From assembly GCA_951406725.2 (NCBI GenBank), contig OX597827.1, positions 24,242,001 through 24,306,000 on the forward strand: DNA of 64,000 nucleotides, in the 5' to 3' direction. Under the pieces are notes generated by a model. The model was not told the DNA's origin. It saw only the letters and a program-made list of their open reading frames with translations, and ran no database searches. Source of the stretch: Octopus vulgaris. Lineage: Eukaryota. The position numbers and the translations under genes are program-made. Below, one piece after another: positions 1 through 12,965 of this stretch. Position 1 is the first letter of the stretch, and every line of letters starts with the position of its first letter.

Positions 1-299
1 ATTTTTGTTTCTGCAATTGTTCTGGTTTTCCTTCCATGTGGCTCCGATCTGTTACCATTCTTGTCTTCAACATGTTGATTTTTTTCATTACTCTCTGTTC
101 TGTTTTTAATCAGCCAAGATTCTATGTGGTGTCTGGACCTGTTAGACATTGCTTAGCATCACACTGTGCTACCTTAAAACAAGGTCACATTGGACAGTGT
201 ATTTTAAGAGGTACAAAAAGATGAGATGGTCAAGGCTGGAATGCCCTTGATCATAAATCTGCTTCATAAGGGCTGCAGTGTCCTAAACAACAACACTGG

Positions 300-696
300 T
301 TAGAAAATTACTATTTGTAAATCTCACAACAAGAGATATTCAGCAACAGTATTTTGGAGTAAAGATTGTTTGCCAACATAACATGGCAGTAATATTCTAA
401 TTTATAGATCAGTGACTAGTTGTCATTTTAAAAACTATATATTTCAAATGGGAATTTGGCAGTGCCACCTCTAGCTGAACAATTATGCTGTGCTGATGAA
501 GGGAAATAACCCAGAAATCTCGATACACAGATATTGTTTTGAGGTGAGTTGGGGTGCTAGATTCCCTTGTTTGAAAATATAAGGACACAGATTGTGTCGC
601 ATAGCCAGCTTGGGATGATGTCTCCTGAGGCTAAATTACAGCAACATTCGTCCTAAACCAGGACTGCTGTGTTATGTTGGCAAACAATCTTTACTC
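300..696 (+). mobile_element. Hammerhead-bearing non-autonomous PLE/retrozyme-like repeat, copy 1, with inverted partial 5' copy
   Basis: Same family as 12286-12813 and 14018-14357; 301-390 is the reverse complement of the family 3' end. Confidence 0.7.
488..530 (+). ncRNA. Minimal type I hammerhead ribozyme motif
   Basis: ctgtg-CTGATGA-a-ggg/aaataa/ccc-a-GAAA-tctcg-ATA-cacag: stem I ctgtg/cacag, both conserved core boxes, NUH triplet. Confidence 0.7.
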
Positions 697-1079
697 GAGC
701 AACACTGGTGTCGAGAGAGAGAGAGAGATAGAAAGCCCATCAGCCAAAATCTCCTCGAATACTTCAAGTTAAACGTTCATAAAATTTTCTCTCTAATTGC
801 CATCAGAATCAGCTGTAAGAACTAGGATCATCACCATATTGAAATTCTCAGTGTCCAATTCATCTGTTATTGCCAGTAGTTAAGCTGCTGGAAGCTGAGA
901 ATTGAACTCTGATGGACACCTGCATGCTATATTCTTCATTGAATTCATTGTTCCCTCCCTCATCTTGCTGACAGCATATCTCTACTTAGATTTCTTGTGA
1001 TACAATTTCTGTGCCTCTTTCTTCTCAATGTCAGCACTCTTTGCAAACTACTCTTATTAACTTTTCTTATCTTTTGCAG

Positions 1080-1177
1080 TATTTATATAACCTTGATCCA
1101 AATTCCAGTTTTTACGACCCTAAAACAAGGGCTATGAGAGAGAATCCTTTTAAAAATTCTGGAAAAGAAGAAACAGA
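1080..1177 (+). CDS. SLU7: SLU7 pre-mRNA splicing factor, internal exon (first in window)
   Basis: [24 protein letters not shown] matches the SLU7 motif [20 protein letters not shown]; ttgcag acceptor, gtatgt donor. Confidence 0.95.
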
Positions 1178-1529
1178 GTATGTACTTTTGTTTTTTTATA
1201 GAGAAGAATAAATCAATTAACAATACAACTTGATCTCGTATTGGTTTTGATGAGAGGAACTACACACTCATTATATAGAACATTATATAGTGTGAATGGA
1301 TCAATGTGTGTATGACAAGGCTGGGCCCTCAGTGTACTTGCAACAGACCCTCCAGTAGGTATCATCACAATCCTTGTCTGTCCATTTTCATTCACAAGCT
1401 CTAGGTTGAGCTAAAGCTTTGATGGTAGACACTTAATTAAGCAGCCACAGACTGGGATCAAAGCCAGTTCTTCATGAGAGCCTTTTTTCTCTTTTATTTG
1501 TTTGATTTGCAGTCCCTCCAAGACTGGTG

Positions 1530-1850
1530 AGATTGATGTTGTTAATGGTCTGTTTAAACTGTTGCAGATTAACACTTGCAGGGAACAGATTACAGGGGGA
1601 CAACATTCTGGGGAGGAAAGATTGGTCATAGTGGCTAGTGCAGGGTAAGCATGATGGGGCGACTATAACAAAGGTGATGAGAGTTGAAGAGATAAAAGGG
1701 TCAGAGGTGATTAAGTATGAAAGGTATGAGACCAGTCAGCTCCAGGAAACGTAGATCAATATCGTAGTAATAGAAAAGATAGAGCGAGGAGACAGCATGA
1801 CTGGAGTCCATTAGTGATGGAATGCCAATTAACTGAATGTGTCTTGATAA
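1530..1850 (-). mobile_element. Decayed non-LTR retrotransposon C-terminal fragment
   Basis: Minus-strand remnant HAVSSLYLFYYY-like; a related copy at ~23900-24250 reads LFYYNGLCSSQLATLIP. Confidence 0.45.
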
Positions 1851-2031
1851 GCAAAACATAGCCAAACTCTTGGACATTCATTTGGCCATGAATGTCCTAG
1901 AGTTGAATACATACAAGCTTTTATTTACTAATTTAGATTCCTAATTGATATTGTTTATTTGTCCAATTATTATACTACATGTTGATAGTCCTTCGTTGTC
2001 ATTAACTCACTTTGTGCCTTTCTCCTCACAG

Positions 2032-2099
2032 ACTGAAATATGCTGGAGATAATTTTGTTCGATATTCCAAAGATGCACAGAAAATGGCCCAAAGACAAA
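2032..2099 (+). CDS. SLU7: SLU7 internal exon
   Basis: LKYAGDNFVRYSKDAQKMAQRQ (SLU7 YAGDNFVRY motif); cacag/gtaaaa junctions, phase fits neighbouring exons. Confidence 0.93.
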
Positions 2100-2900
2100 G
2101 TAAAATTGTTTTATTTGATTTCTGTTTCATTGATTTCAATTTTATTTATTGTTGAATAACTCTGATTAGTTCTTTCTTGTAGAGATTGCCAATTAAATAT
2201 CAAGGAGTAACTAACATGTCTGTTTTCCCAAATATGCACATCGGATCTGAGTTTGCACAAGGTATTTGCAGAAAGTTTCAGGTCTGTGGATACTCTGATT
2301 AATAGAAATGTATGCACAGCTGATGATCGTTACTCAACCAACCTAATGAGCCAGTCCACTAATTGGTTACTCATGGGTTCTACTTGTGTTCAATTGTTAT
2401 GCAAGGCTTTTAGACTGCATTAACCCAGCTCTGATTTTTACACTTGATATCAAATTCAACCAAGATGCCAGCATCAAATTTTCTATCAAGTTCAGAAAAT
2501 CATCATCATATGTCCATTTTCCATGCTGGCACAGATTGGACAGCTCGACAGGAACCAGCCAGTCAGAGAGCTGTCCAGGTTCCAATTTCCTATTTTGGCA
2601 TGGTTTCTAAGGCTTGATGCCCTTCCTAATGTCAAATGCTTTACAGAATGTGCTGGGTGCTTTTTATGTGCTACTGGCACAGGTGGTTTTACATGACACA
2701 GGTACCGGCAGGAATGTATTTTACATGACACTGGCATGTAAAATGCACTCATTTAATTTTCAGAAATTTCTGAATATAAGTCATCCCTCAAAACGCAATG
2801 TTAAGCTTCAGGTCAGAGACAGGTTTTTGAGTTGCCCATTCATTTCAAGGCTGGTTGAATATCAGCTGAAGGCAATAAGCATTCCTGCTGACCAACTGTA

Positions 2901-3092
2901 ATGACCATTTAAAGTGGCCACTCATAGTGACCACTAGCTGCTGTCGTTCATGGTGACCATTCACAGCAACAAATCATGGTGGCTGATCACAACAGCCATT
3001 CATTGCGGCCATTTACTTTGACCCCTCACAGTAACCAACCACTGTGACCACTTGCACTACCATTTGTGATGACCATTCAGTGACCACTCACT
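2901..3092. repeat. Degenerate 13-bp minisatellite (~15 units, consensus ~GTGACCACTCACA)
   Basis: Consecutive units atgaccatttaaa, gtggccactcata, gtgaccactagct, ... gtgaccattcaca ... gtgaccactcact. Confidence 0.7.
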
Positions 3093-3793
3093 AGCAAAAC
3101 ACACCAATAAAAGTGAAAAAGTTAGTGAACTCGTCCATGAGACTGCCATAAAATAACCATCTCGCTTGAGTAGAATCAGTTATGGAGTCTGCTAGAAGAC
3201 GTTCATGGAAACCCTAAACATATTTGCTGTGAGGATTATTCCTCCAGTGTTTACTCCACATCTTTCTGTACTCCTTTGAACATTTTCCCCAAGTTGCTTG
3301 ATTTCTATTGAAGGTAAAGGGAGGGAGGGTAACACTTTGAAATGGTTAATGAAAGTGAAATGGAATCACAGACAGCATAAGAAAACTTTCAGCTAAAACA
3401 CTTCCACTGTGCTTTTGAAATGTGATAGATATGGCTGAAACCTGTGCGGAGGCTATTTAAAAGTGAATGGTATCAAAAACCTAAATTATAAAATGCATTA
3501 TTTACTAAAATACCAGCATGTTTTTATAGAATTTTGTGATACCATCTTGTATTAGAATATCTGATTATTTTGGGTGCCAGGGTGATTTATAAGGTGACCC
3601 CCACCCAAGAGACAAACATCCTATGTCAATATTTGACAACCGCTAATTTCAACAGTTGCTACTTTAGTTGTTCAACAACAAATCAATACTGATTCCATTG
3701 AATTGTCTTTCATCTTTTATTTAGACATAATCGATGCCAGATAATATTGCCGAATGTCTCCCGTCTATTTTAAGATGGTAGCATCTGGTTTAA

Positions 3794-4264
3794 CTCTTTA
3801 GCATTCAGATTACTCTGTCAAATGTAATGCTTATTTATTCAGTGCTTGAGAAGACCTGTTGAGTCAAGCGAAATTGTAGCCGTGGCCAAAGCTAGTGCCA
3901 CCTGACTGGCACCCATGAAATCACCATACAAGCGTGGACGATGCCAGTGCCACCTGATTGGCCTCCGTGCCAGTGGCATGTAAAAAGCACCCACTACACT
4001 CTCAGAATGGTTGACGTTAGGGAGGGCATTCAGCTGTATAAACATTGCCAGATGAGATTGGAGCCTGGTGCGGCCTCCAGTCAAACCGTCCAACCCATGC
4101 CAGCATGGAAAACAGATGTCAAACGATGATGATGATGATTGTTTTGAATTAATCCTGGATTATTTCATAGCTTCAAGGTTTCAACAAGTTGATTGCTTAT
4201 TTTTTTAATGATAATGTGGGATGCATGTGAAAGGCCAGGTGTGACCAGTTTAAATACTAAGGAG
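3794..4264. mobile_element. TTAA-flanked MITE with nested RTE 3' fragment (~3841-4140)
   Basis: ttaa|ctctttagcatt ... aatactaaggag|ttaa terminal inverted repeats; the internal insert ends in (GAT)n. Confidence 0.55.
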
Positions 4265-4483
4265 TTAAGAGAGATTTAGCTACTGTTTCCTGCAAACCTG
4301 GTGCCATGTAGAAGCTCCTTTGTTTGGCTTGTAATTTCATAAATTCTTTAATGATATTGAGATTGTTCCAATAACGGTCAATAAAGACAACTGACATTTC
4401 ACATTTACAGAGAAATAAGGAGCAATAAATTTTAAACCAGGCTTGGTAGGTATTGAACTCCAGTCATCTATTTTACATTTCAG

Positions 4484-4680
4484 TGTTTGCCTGGGATGCA
4501 TATGAGCGTGGTGTTGATGTCCACCTCCAAGCTGACCCTACCAAGTTGGAATTGTTACACAAGGAATATGAAAACAGGAAGGATCAATTCAAAACGGGTC
4601 AAAGAGAAGGTATTTTAGAGAAGTACGGAGGTGAAGAACATTTAGAGGCTCCACCAAAACAACTCCTTTTGGCCCAGTCG
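4484..4680 (+). CDS. SLU7: SLU7 internal exon
   Basis: [24 protein letters not shown]...[23 protein letters not shown]; ttcag/gtaagt. Confidence 0.96.
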
Positions 4681-4879
4681 GTAAGTAATTCGTTTTATAT
4701 CAGGGGAAATTTATAATATTTGCCTGGCCGACTCATTAGAGAGTCAGGTAAAATGCATGTGGTATTCAGTTGTGATTATTGACATTCTGAGATCAAATCC
4801 CATCAAGATTAACTCTGCATTTTGTCCTTTTGAGACCCAAAAATAAATAAATATTCAAGTACTGGAGTTGAATTAATCT

Positions 4880-5114
4880 TTTATCTTTCATTTGTCTTAG
4901 TCATTAGACTGTGGCCATGCTGGAGCACCACCTTGTAGGATATTAGTCGAATGAATTGACCCCAGTGCTTATTCTTTAAGCCTAGTACTTATTCAGTTGG
5001 TCTCTTTTGCTGAACCTCTAAGTTATGGGGACATAAATGAATCAACACCAGTTGTCAGGTGGTGGTGGGGGACAAACACAGACACAAAGACACACACGTG
5101 TGTGTCTGTGTTTG

Positions 5115-5163
<49 letters not shown>

Positions 5164-5735
5164 CAAATAAGTAACAAGGATGTCCAGGCATCAGTGCATT
5201 ATGGCTGTTTCCATTTGATCAATCAATGAAAGCATTACATCAATTTGAAAGGAACCACTCTCCTCAGATGCAGATGACCCTTTCCAATATAAAGAATAAA
5301 CCATTTTTTAGCACAATTTACATCAGTACTAGAAGCCAAAACATATGTTCAACTGCGTCTGAAGAGAGCAGTTCCTTTCAAATTGATGTAATGTTTTCAT
5401 TGATTGATTAAATGGAGTGGCTTGAAGTGGCTGTAACACCCTTGTTTTTTATTTGATTTTTATTCACGTAACTGTGAGGTGCATGGACTATACCGAACTG
5501 GCTTGGTGCCTCAATTTAAGTACCTAATTCAACTGAATCTTAATTATTTCTCATATATATATATATATATACAAACACACACATGGTGGGCTTCTTTCAA
5601 TTTCTGTCTATCAATTCCACTCACAAGGCTTTGGCTGGCCCAAGGCTATAGTAGAAGACACTTGCCCAAAATGTCATGAAGTGGAACTGAACCTGGAACC
5701 ACATAGTTGGAAAGGAAACTTCTTACAACACAGCC
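4880..5735 (-). mobile_element. tRNA-derived SINE (family A) interrupted by a foldback insert at its (TA)n tract
   Basis: Typical family-A body (gactgtggccatgctggagcacc ... agaagacacttgccc ... ggaaccacatagttgg); insert at ~5161-5550. Confidence 0.7.
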
Positions 5736-6352
5736 TCAATTCAAAACCTTGATGTGAATTGATTTAAAACAGAAGATGAGTATTGAGTTTCATTTAGAAA
5801 CCATTGGTGTCAGCTATATCAAATTTAACCCAAATAGCCATTGTTTCTTAATGTTCAATTAACTTGTTTGGAGGTGAAAAGAAATTAAATTTTGTTACTG
5901 GATTTTTCATATTTAAGGTTTGCAAAGCCCTGGTTTAAAGCATATTTACTTCTTAATCTTATTGATAAAAGATGAAACAAAAATTACCTTTACACGTTTT
6001 CTCTGTTCGTTTGTCTGTCCGTCTCTCTCCCCCGCCCCCACCTTTTCTGAAACCTGAGTTGCCTCCCTTCTTTCTGTAACTTTCTAATTCTCTTCAATAA
6101 CCATTCTTACTTAACCATTCTTCCACCCACTCTCATTTGATCTTTGTTCTCATCATCGCTCTTGCCTTACATGTGGCTATTTCAACTAGATTTCCCTCCC
6201 TTGTTTTTATATGACTGACTTGGATACTGCACCCACTCCTCATTCATTTGTGCCTGTTATCTTTTACTTTTAAGCTTTCTCTACAGAATTCAGAGCCAGT
6301 ACTGAAAGTTATAATGTTTTGTATATGAATACATCAATGTAAACAATGTGAC

Positions 6353-6925
6353 CGTCATCATCATCGTCATCGTCGTCATTTAACATCTGCTTTCCATGCT
6401 AGCATGGGTTGGACAGTTTGACTGAGGAGTGACGAACCAGATGGCTGCACCAGGATCCAATCTGATTTGGCAAAGTTTCTACAGCTGGATGCCCTTCCTA
6501 ATACCAACTACTCTGAGTGTAGTGGCTGCTTTTACGTGCCACCAGCATGAGGGCCAGTCAGGCGGCACTGGCAACGACCACGCTCAAATGTTATTTTTCA
6601 TGTGCCACCAGTACATGTACCAGTAAGGCGATGCTGGCAACAATCACACTCAAATGGTGCTTTTTATGTGCCACCAGCACGGGAGCCAGTCAAGTGGCCC
6701 TGGAAACAATCAAGCTCAGATAATGCTTTTAAGGTTCCACTGGCACGTGTGCCAAACAGGTGGTGCTGTCATCGACCACGTCAGTGATTTTGATTTCACT
6801 TGCCTCAACAGATCTTCGCAAGCAAAGTTTATTGTCCAATGAATGAAGGGTACTCATAAGTGGGGTGGTTATACACCACTGGCATAGGCCACAGGTTATA
6901 GTCTCACTTGGCTTACCAGGTCTTC
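6353..6925 (-). mobile_element. RTE LINE 3' fragment
   Basis: (CAT)n + tttaacatctgctttccatgctagcatgggttggac, the same 3'UTR as the RT-coding copies at 21.2 kb and 59.4 kb. Confidence 0.75.
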
Positions 6926-6934
6926 AGGTAACAG

Positions 6935-6980
6935 GTGTATATGCATATTTCAAGAGTTCTTGTCCCTTCTTCAGCACTAC
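6935..6980 (-). ncRNA. Hammerhead-like motif (PLE pLTR remnant); second copy at 30247-30292
   Basis: Minus strand CTGAAGA-agggacaagaactctt-GAAA-tatgc-ATA; the 30.2 kb copy has a perfect stem II aggag/ctcct, but stem I is weak. Confidence 0.5.
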
Positions 6981-8380
6981 ATCCAACCTGTATAGTATAT
7001 GCTATACTGTGATTCCTAAATGAAATGTGGTGTCATTTACCAGCAATTAATATGTACATACCAGCTGCTAGGAATGTGTTTAATATGTACATTGGGCTGT
7101 CCAACAGTGTTACAACAGTGTACTTAGAAGCAATTTAAGCAGTGTGTTCATGGATGGTTAACAGATTGGATGTGTGCCAGGGATGTGCCATCTAGATAGG
7201 TAAGGTAGGCAGTGGATAAAATAGATCGATAGCAACATTTTCTTAACTTAGAAATGGAGAAAGACATGGTGCTAGATATAAGAAATAAGCCATTTGGGGT
7301 TAGAAATGTTGTGGAAAACATGAAATTCTTCGAGCAGGCATGTCTTATGTGAAATTTGTGATGAGCCTGAGTGGCGCCTTTGACCTGGAGTCACCTCTGG
7401 TCTAGATACTAGTCATGTTATTGACTAATATTTAGCCAGCGAAATTTGAATTCAAAACGTGAAGATGGACTAAAATTTTATTAACACTGAAGAGATGACA
7501 AGCAAAGTCAACTTTCATGGCAAAATATGCACCTAATTCAATAAAATCATGAAGGTTACTCTGGTTACTATGCATAAAATGCAAAATATTAAAATTTTTT
7601 GTAGATTAAGTAGGCGTAATTCTCCCCTGCTTTTCAGTCTCAGTATTTAAGATACGCATAGAAGTGCTGTAGCACACATGCTGCGTGACACTCCTACAAC
7701 ACTGGTTTCTTTACGTACTATAAAGGCAGAAGTAAATCTGCCTTCAATTCAGTTGCACGCTTGTGTTTCACTTATTTTTTGTGTGTTTTACTACATAAAG
7801 GTCACCAACTGCCTACCCTGAGTAATTATCGACGGCATGTGCCTGATGTGTGCTGAAGAAGAGCATATACAACTGTTACCTTCGATCACATTGTTTATGT
7901 AGATGTGTTCATATACGAAACATAACGTTCAGTGTTGGCTCTAAATTCTATGGAATATTTGTTGAGATAACTGCTAATACAAAATGGCAGGACACTTTAT
8001 TGATCCATAAACCTTTCATATACTTGGTTGTATATTATAGTTGCTAAACGAAATATGGTGTCTTTACAAAGCAGTTGATATTATCTTGGAAAGAGGTTTT
8101 CAATCAATTCATTGAGTGTTGTTGCATAAAAACAGCCCAACAACACTAACAAATACACCTATGCCTCTCACTTTGTATAAATTATGCATGTCTGTTAGTG
8201 ATACAAGTATTTGAAGGACGAAACCTTTGACTATTAAAATCCTAATGTTATACAAGTTTATTACATCTGCCTCAGATTATTCTGTTTCATCTTCGATATT
8301 TCACAACGTGGGGGTGAGGTGGAGGGTGTTTATACATTATTTACATTTGATGGATATTTGTCCTCATCTTGTTTGTTGTT

Positions 8381-8428
8381 AACACAACGTTTCGGCTGAT
8401 ATATACTCTCCAGCCTTCATCAGGTGTT
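8381..8428 (-). ncRNA. Minimal hammerhead ribozyme motif in a PLE pLTR remnant (~8330-8625)
   Basis: Minus strand aacac-CTGATGA-a-ggctg...cagcc-GAAA-C-GTT-gtgtt; palindromic AACGTT stem III. Confidence 0.7.
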
Positions 8429-8648
8429 TTGGGGAAATTTTGAACCTGGGTTCTCATTTCTAAGGTATTTTCCAATGTTATTGTTATTATTATTATTATT
8501 ATTATTAGTTAGGTCACTGCTTGATGAAGGCTGGAGGGTATATGACAAATATCCGTCAAATGTAAATAATGTACATGATTCTTCATCTCTTAAATATAGA
8601 ACTGGAGTATTTATATTTAAACATTTTTCTGTATATTTTGATATTTAG

Positions 8649-8753
8649 GAAGATTATGTTGAGTATTCACGTCATGGGACAATTATCAAAGGCCAAGAGA
8701 AGGCATCTATCAAGTCACGCTACGAAGAAGATGTTTATCCAAATAACCACACA
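8649..8753 (+). CDS. SLU7: SLU7 internal exon
   Basis: [35 protein letters not shown]; tttag/gtaagt. Confidence 0.96.
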
Positions 8754-9703
8754 GTAAGTTTGTGTTAGATTTTATTCAATATCATCATCATTGCCATCAT
8801 CATCATCTAATGTCTGTTCTCCATAGGTCGGATGGTTTGATAGGAGCTAGCAGGGCCAGGAGCCACACCAGGTTCCATAGTTTGTTTTTGGCCTGGTTTC
8901 TTATTTCTTTTCTGCCCACAAGGGGCCACACACAGAGAGGACAAACAAGGACAGTCGATTATATCAACCCCAGTGCGTAACTGGTACTTATTTAATCGAC
9001 TCCAAAAGGATGAAAGGCAAAGTCGACCTCGGCAGAATTTGAACTCAGAACATAACGGCAGACGAAATACGGCTACGCATTTCATCCGGCGTGCTAACGT
9101 TTCCGCCAGCTTGCCACCTTGTAAGGATGCAGTAGCATATAACTTTATGTCTCGAACCGAAACCATTTCTAAAAAAAAAAAAAAGTGACACATGCTGGGA
9201 TCACATTTTTACCACTAAACTACTCTGATCATAAAACAGACGAAATACCGCTAAGCATTTCGTCCGGAGTGCTAACGTTTCTGCCAGCTCGCCGCCTTAT
9301 ATGGTTTCTATGACTGGATGCCCTTCCTAATGCCAACCACTTTACAGAGTGGACTGGGTGCTTTTTATGTGGCACCAACACCACATGATTGTGTGAAAGG
9401 ATTTAGGATAAGAATGAGTAAATAAACCTTGTAATTTTGTAGAGTTTGATACTGTTGTATGATTTGGGTTTTCTTGATTAATTGTTCCTGAATCAAACAT
9501 AAAGATGAAAAAGATTGATAGTACAATGATCTGGATTGCATTTTAAGGGGAATAAATTCTATTTTTAATGGCTTTCTGAGAGGGAGAACATGAGCAGCCT
9601 TAATATGGTGTCTCCTCCAAAACTGGTGAGCAGAAATTATTGTCAAACCAGAGACTCTAACCTGGAGTCTTAGAATAATGTGAACTCTGTGAAAGGTACT
9701 TAA

Positions 9704-9923
9704 CCCTTCTGATACCAACCCAGCTGAAACCAGTTCTGGCTCTGAGTTCAAATGTCTTGTTTTCAAAAGTTTTGAATTAAAATCTTCCACCAAACCTTAG
9801 TCATAATTTATGTTTCTAACACTAGCTGAATGATAACTAAGTTATTTTACTAAATTCTTTGTTATATTTAAAGTAATTGAAAGAAACATAGAACATCTCA
9901 AGATAAATACAGCAATGAAAGGG
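9704..9923. mobile_element. piggyBac-type MITE
   Basis: ttaa|cccttctgatacc ... aatgaaaggg|tta; near-identical to 30548-30768. Confidence 0.7.
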
Positions 9924-10578
9924 TTACTGGTCAGATGGTAGTTTTAAAGTTGGTGATTGATGAAGTCTGCTACACAAGGAGAGCCAACAAGCTTTTGCAC
10001 CATTTCTACCAATCTCACAAAGTTTTTTTTTCCAAGCCTGTTGTCTACACCAGCGGTTTGCAATAGCAACTCTCAGGGCCACATGTGGCCCTCAAGCATC
10101 CTTTCAGTGGCCCTCAATAGTATGAATTTTTCTTTAAATTGTGTTGTACTTTTGTTTGGTGTGAAGCCCCAAGAAAAGTCTAGTTTTGGGATCTGGCTCA
10201 GACATTAAAGAGGTTGAAAACCCCTTGTATATACAGTCTCATTGAATAAGAATCGTTACAGTGAGAACAGAGGTAAAAATTGTCCAAATGAATGCATACA
10301 ATTCTTGACAAATCTTGCAGTCTCAGCTGCAAAAGCTTTGCATTCAGATGAGCATGTGCATTTATTGGAAAAAAAGAAAGAAACCTTTTTGATTCACTGT
10401 GTATAGATAAAGTGAAGGGGAAATAAGCCACATCTTTTAGCCTGTAGATTAATAAATTTCTTTCTCATTGGTTGCAATAAATGATTCCTTAAGATGTACT
10501 AATTTGACTAATCAGAGTCAGTACTAATTACTACTTTATTCTGGATCCAACCTTGAATGGATGCTAGTGATATATATA

Positions 10579-10975
10579 TCTATTATATAAAATCCATTCT
10601 GTCTGTCTGTGTATATTGTTTTCTAGGATCTCGGGCATCCTCCATCCGATTGCACTCAAATTTGATATGTAGATACCGATGGTATCAGGGCATGTATAAG
10701 TCTTGAAAAAATTACAAAAATTGATTCCAGGTGAGAATGTGATTGATAAAGCCATGGGAACGTGCATTTGTACGTGCAAGTACATCAGCTGTTGCGATCG
10801 ATACTACGCGTACGCGAGAAAAATGCACATGCAGTTTGTGCAAAAAAAGCTGGCTGGCTTGAAATAATGTCACAAAATGGGACGGTCGGACAAGTTGTTT
10901 TGAGAAAATTTGGTTTAAATGTTTGACAACTCAGCACCGTCCATTGGACGGTGGGGTGGGGGTGTTTTGCTTACA
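10579..10975 (+). mobile_element. Probable non-autonomous Helitron 5' part
   Basis: Starts a|TCTATTATATAAAA followed by (CTGT)n; no 3' CTAG hairpin seen. Confidence 0.4.
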
Positions 10976-11265
10976 TGTATATATATATATGTATATATTT
11001 TGTTACAAATTTTTTTTAAATTAAAATATAACAGATTTTTTTCTGTTATAAAATTGAACCTGGTGTTGAGCTAAACATTACGGAGGGTTCCATGTTTGAC
11101 ATCCCTAATCTAAAAGTCTCCAGTTTTATGCTGAAGAACCAAATAATTATTTCTAAATTTCTTCCATGGCTCTTCAGGAATTGTATTTTAAAATTTCAAA
11201 ATATTGAAAAATTATTTATGTAAAGTATTTTGAGTAATATTTTTGTCTTTTTTATTTGTTTCCAG

Positions 11266-11373
11266 AGTGTTTGGGGTTCTTACTGGAAAGAAGGCCAATG
11301 GGGTTTCAAGTGTTGTCATTCATTAATAAAAGGCAGTTACTGCACTGGAGAAGCTGGTAAAGACGCTAACAAT
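11266..11373 (+). CDS. SLU7: SLU7 internal exon
   Basis: [36 protein letters not shown]; tccag/gtaagt. Confidence 0.96.
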
Positions 11374-11599
11374 GTAAGTTTCTCTTGTCTGTCTGTCTGT
11401 CTGTCTGTTTGTCTGAGGTTGTGGAAGATTTGTTAAAGAGGACTTTCTGAGGTGAAATGCCACCAATGTTGACTTTGCTTTTTCAGAGTTGATAGAATTA
11501 AGTACCAGCCAAATGCTGGTGTCAATGTAATCATCTATCCCTCCCGACCCCTCTTTCTAAAATTGCAGGCCTTGTGCCAAAAATTGAAACTAATAATTA

Positions 11600-11830
11600 T
11601 TATAGTGATTATTATCTTCTAGACTTGAGATTGGTCTTATTCCAGGTGGGACTTCAGTGGGTAGCTGGTTACTAACTATGACCTTAGATGCTTTCAATAT
11701 GCCATCAAGTGCTCAAAACCCTTCTGGTGATCTTTCCTGTTCCTAAGAGGCAAATCTTTTGTAGAAGCTCTACAGGATGTTCCAGTGCAATCTCCGTTAT
11801 CCCTAATGCACCAATTATAATTACTGTTAT
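11600..11830 (-). mobile_element. R4/Dong-type retrotransposon 3' end
   Basis: IIIGALG...ELLQKICLLGTGKITRRVLST*, the C-terminus typical of R4-clade RLE elements; related copy at 23280-23460 (+). Confidence 0.65.
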
Positions 11831-12285
11831 GAGCGAGAGCACAGTGCATGCCATCAGAGTGATGCTGGGGTACAAATATATAAGACCCAATATACATATC
11901 ATGACTTCCCATCTGATAAGGGTACACCAGGCATATGCATCACAACCATATGTGCAACATGGTGACCTCATATCAAAATAAACAGTGCACATGACTTTGC
12001 AAATGGGGCCCAGTTAGAATTTTCTTCAAGTTGAGTAGCCCATCCTGCTCAAAAGATCCCTGAATAAAGGTTGTTTAAGGACGATGAATGAAATACCCAT
12101 GTTTCCAGGGGTGAATTATTCAAATCTCAAAGAATTCCTCTCAGCACATAGCTATGACACTCACCCCACTACTCCTGCTCATGATCAGAGATGCTCAGAG
12201 TTACTGACAAGCAAATCTGTGGTGTTGAACAGAATATCTTTTGTGGCCCATCTTTTCTACCAAGACAAAACATTTATATGATATT

Positions 12286-12813
12286 AAAGATTGTTTGCCA
12301 ACATAACATGGCAGTCCTGGTTTAGGACTAATGTTGCTGTTATTTAGCCCCAGGAGACATCGTCTCCAGCTGGCTATACAACACGATCTGTGTCTTTATA
12401 TTTTCGAACAAAGGAATCTAACTCAGCTCAAAACAATATCTGTATAATTTTCTAATTTATAAATCAGTGATTAGTTGTCACTTTGAAAACTATATATTTC
12501 GAACAGGATTTTGGCAGTGCCACCTCTAGCCAAGCAAGTATGCTGTGCTGATGAAGGGAAATAACCTGGAAATCGTGATACACAGATATTGTTTTGAGCT
12601 GAGTGGGCGTGCTAGATTCCCTTGTTTGAAAATATAAAGACATAGATCGTGTCGTATAGCCAGCTGGAGGCAATGTCTCCTGGGGCTAAAATTACAGTCA
12701 CATTCATCCTAAACCAGGACTGCCATGTTGTGTTGGCAGGCAAACAATCTTTACTACAAAGTACTGTTGCTGAATATCTCATGTTGTGAGATTTAAAAAT
12801 AGTAATTTTCTAA
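12286..12813 (+). mobile_element. Hammerhead-bearing non-autonomous PLE/retrozyme-like repeat, copy 2
   Basis: Inverted partial copy at 12286-12445, then a unit at ~12447-12813 that starts and ends in attttctaa. Confidence 0.75.
12543..12585 (+). ncRNA. Minimal type I hammerhead ribozyme motif
   Basis: ctgtg-CTGATGA-agggaaataacctg-GAAA-tcgtg-ATA-cacag. Confidence 0.7.
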
Positions 12814-12965
12814 TGTATATGATAATACTTCCAATCAATGAAGAACAGAAGTCATGAGAGCCACTGCCTGGTGGTGGTGGTTGTTATTATTAATCTTTAA
12901 CTGTTACGATTTAATATTTTAATTCTTGTTAAAATTCTTTTTTTTTTTACAATTGTTTTCCTCAG

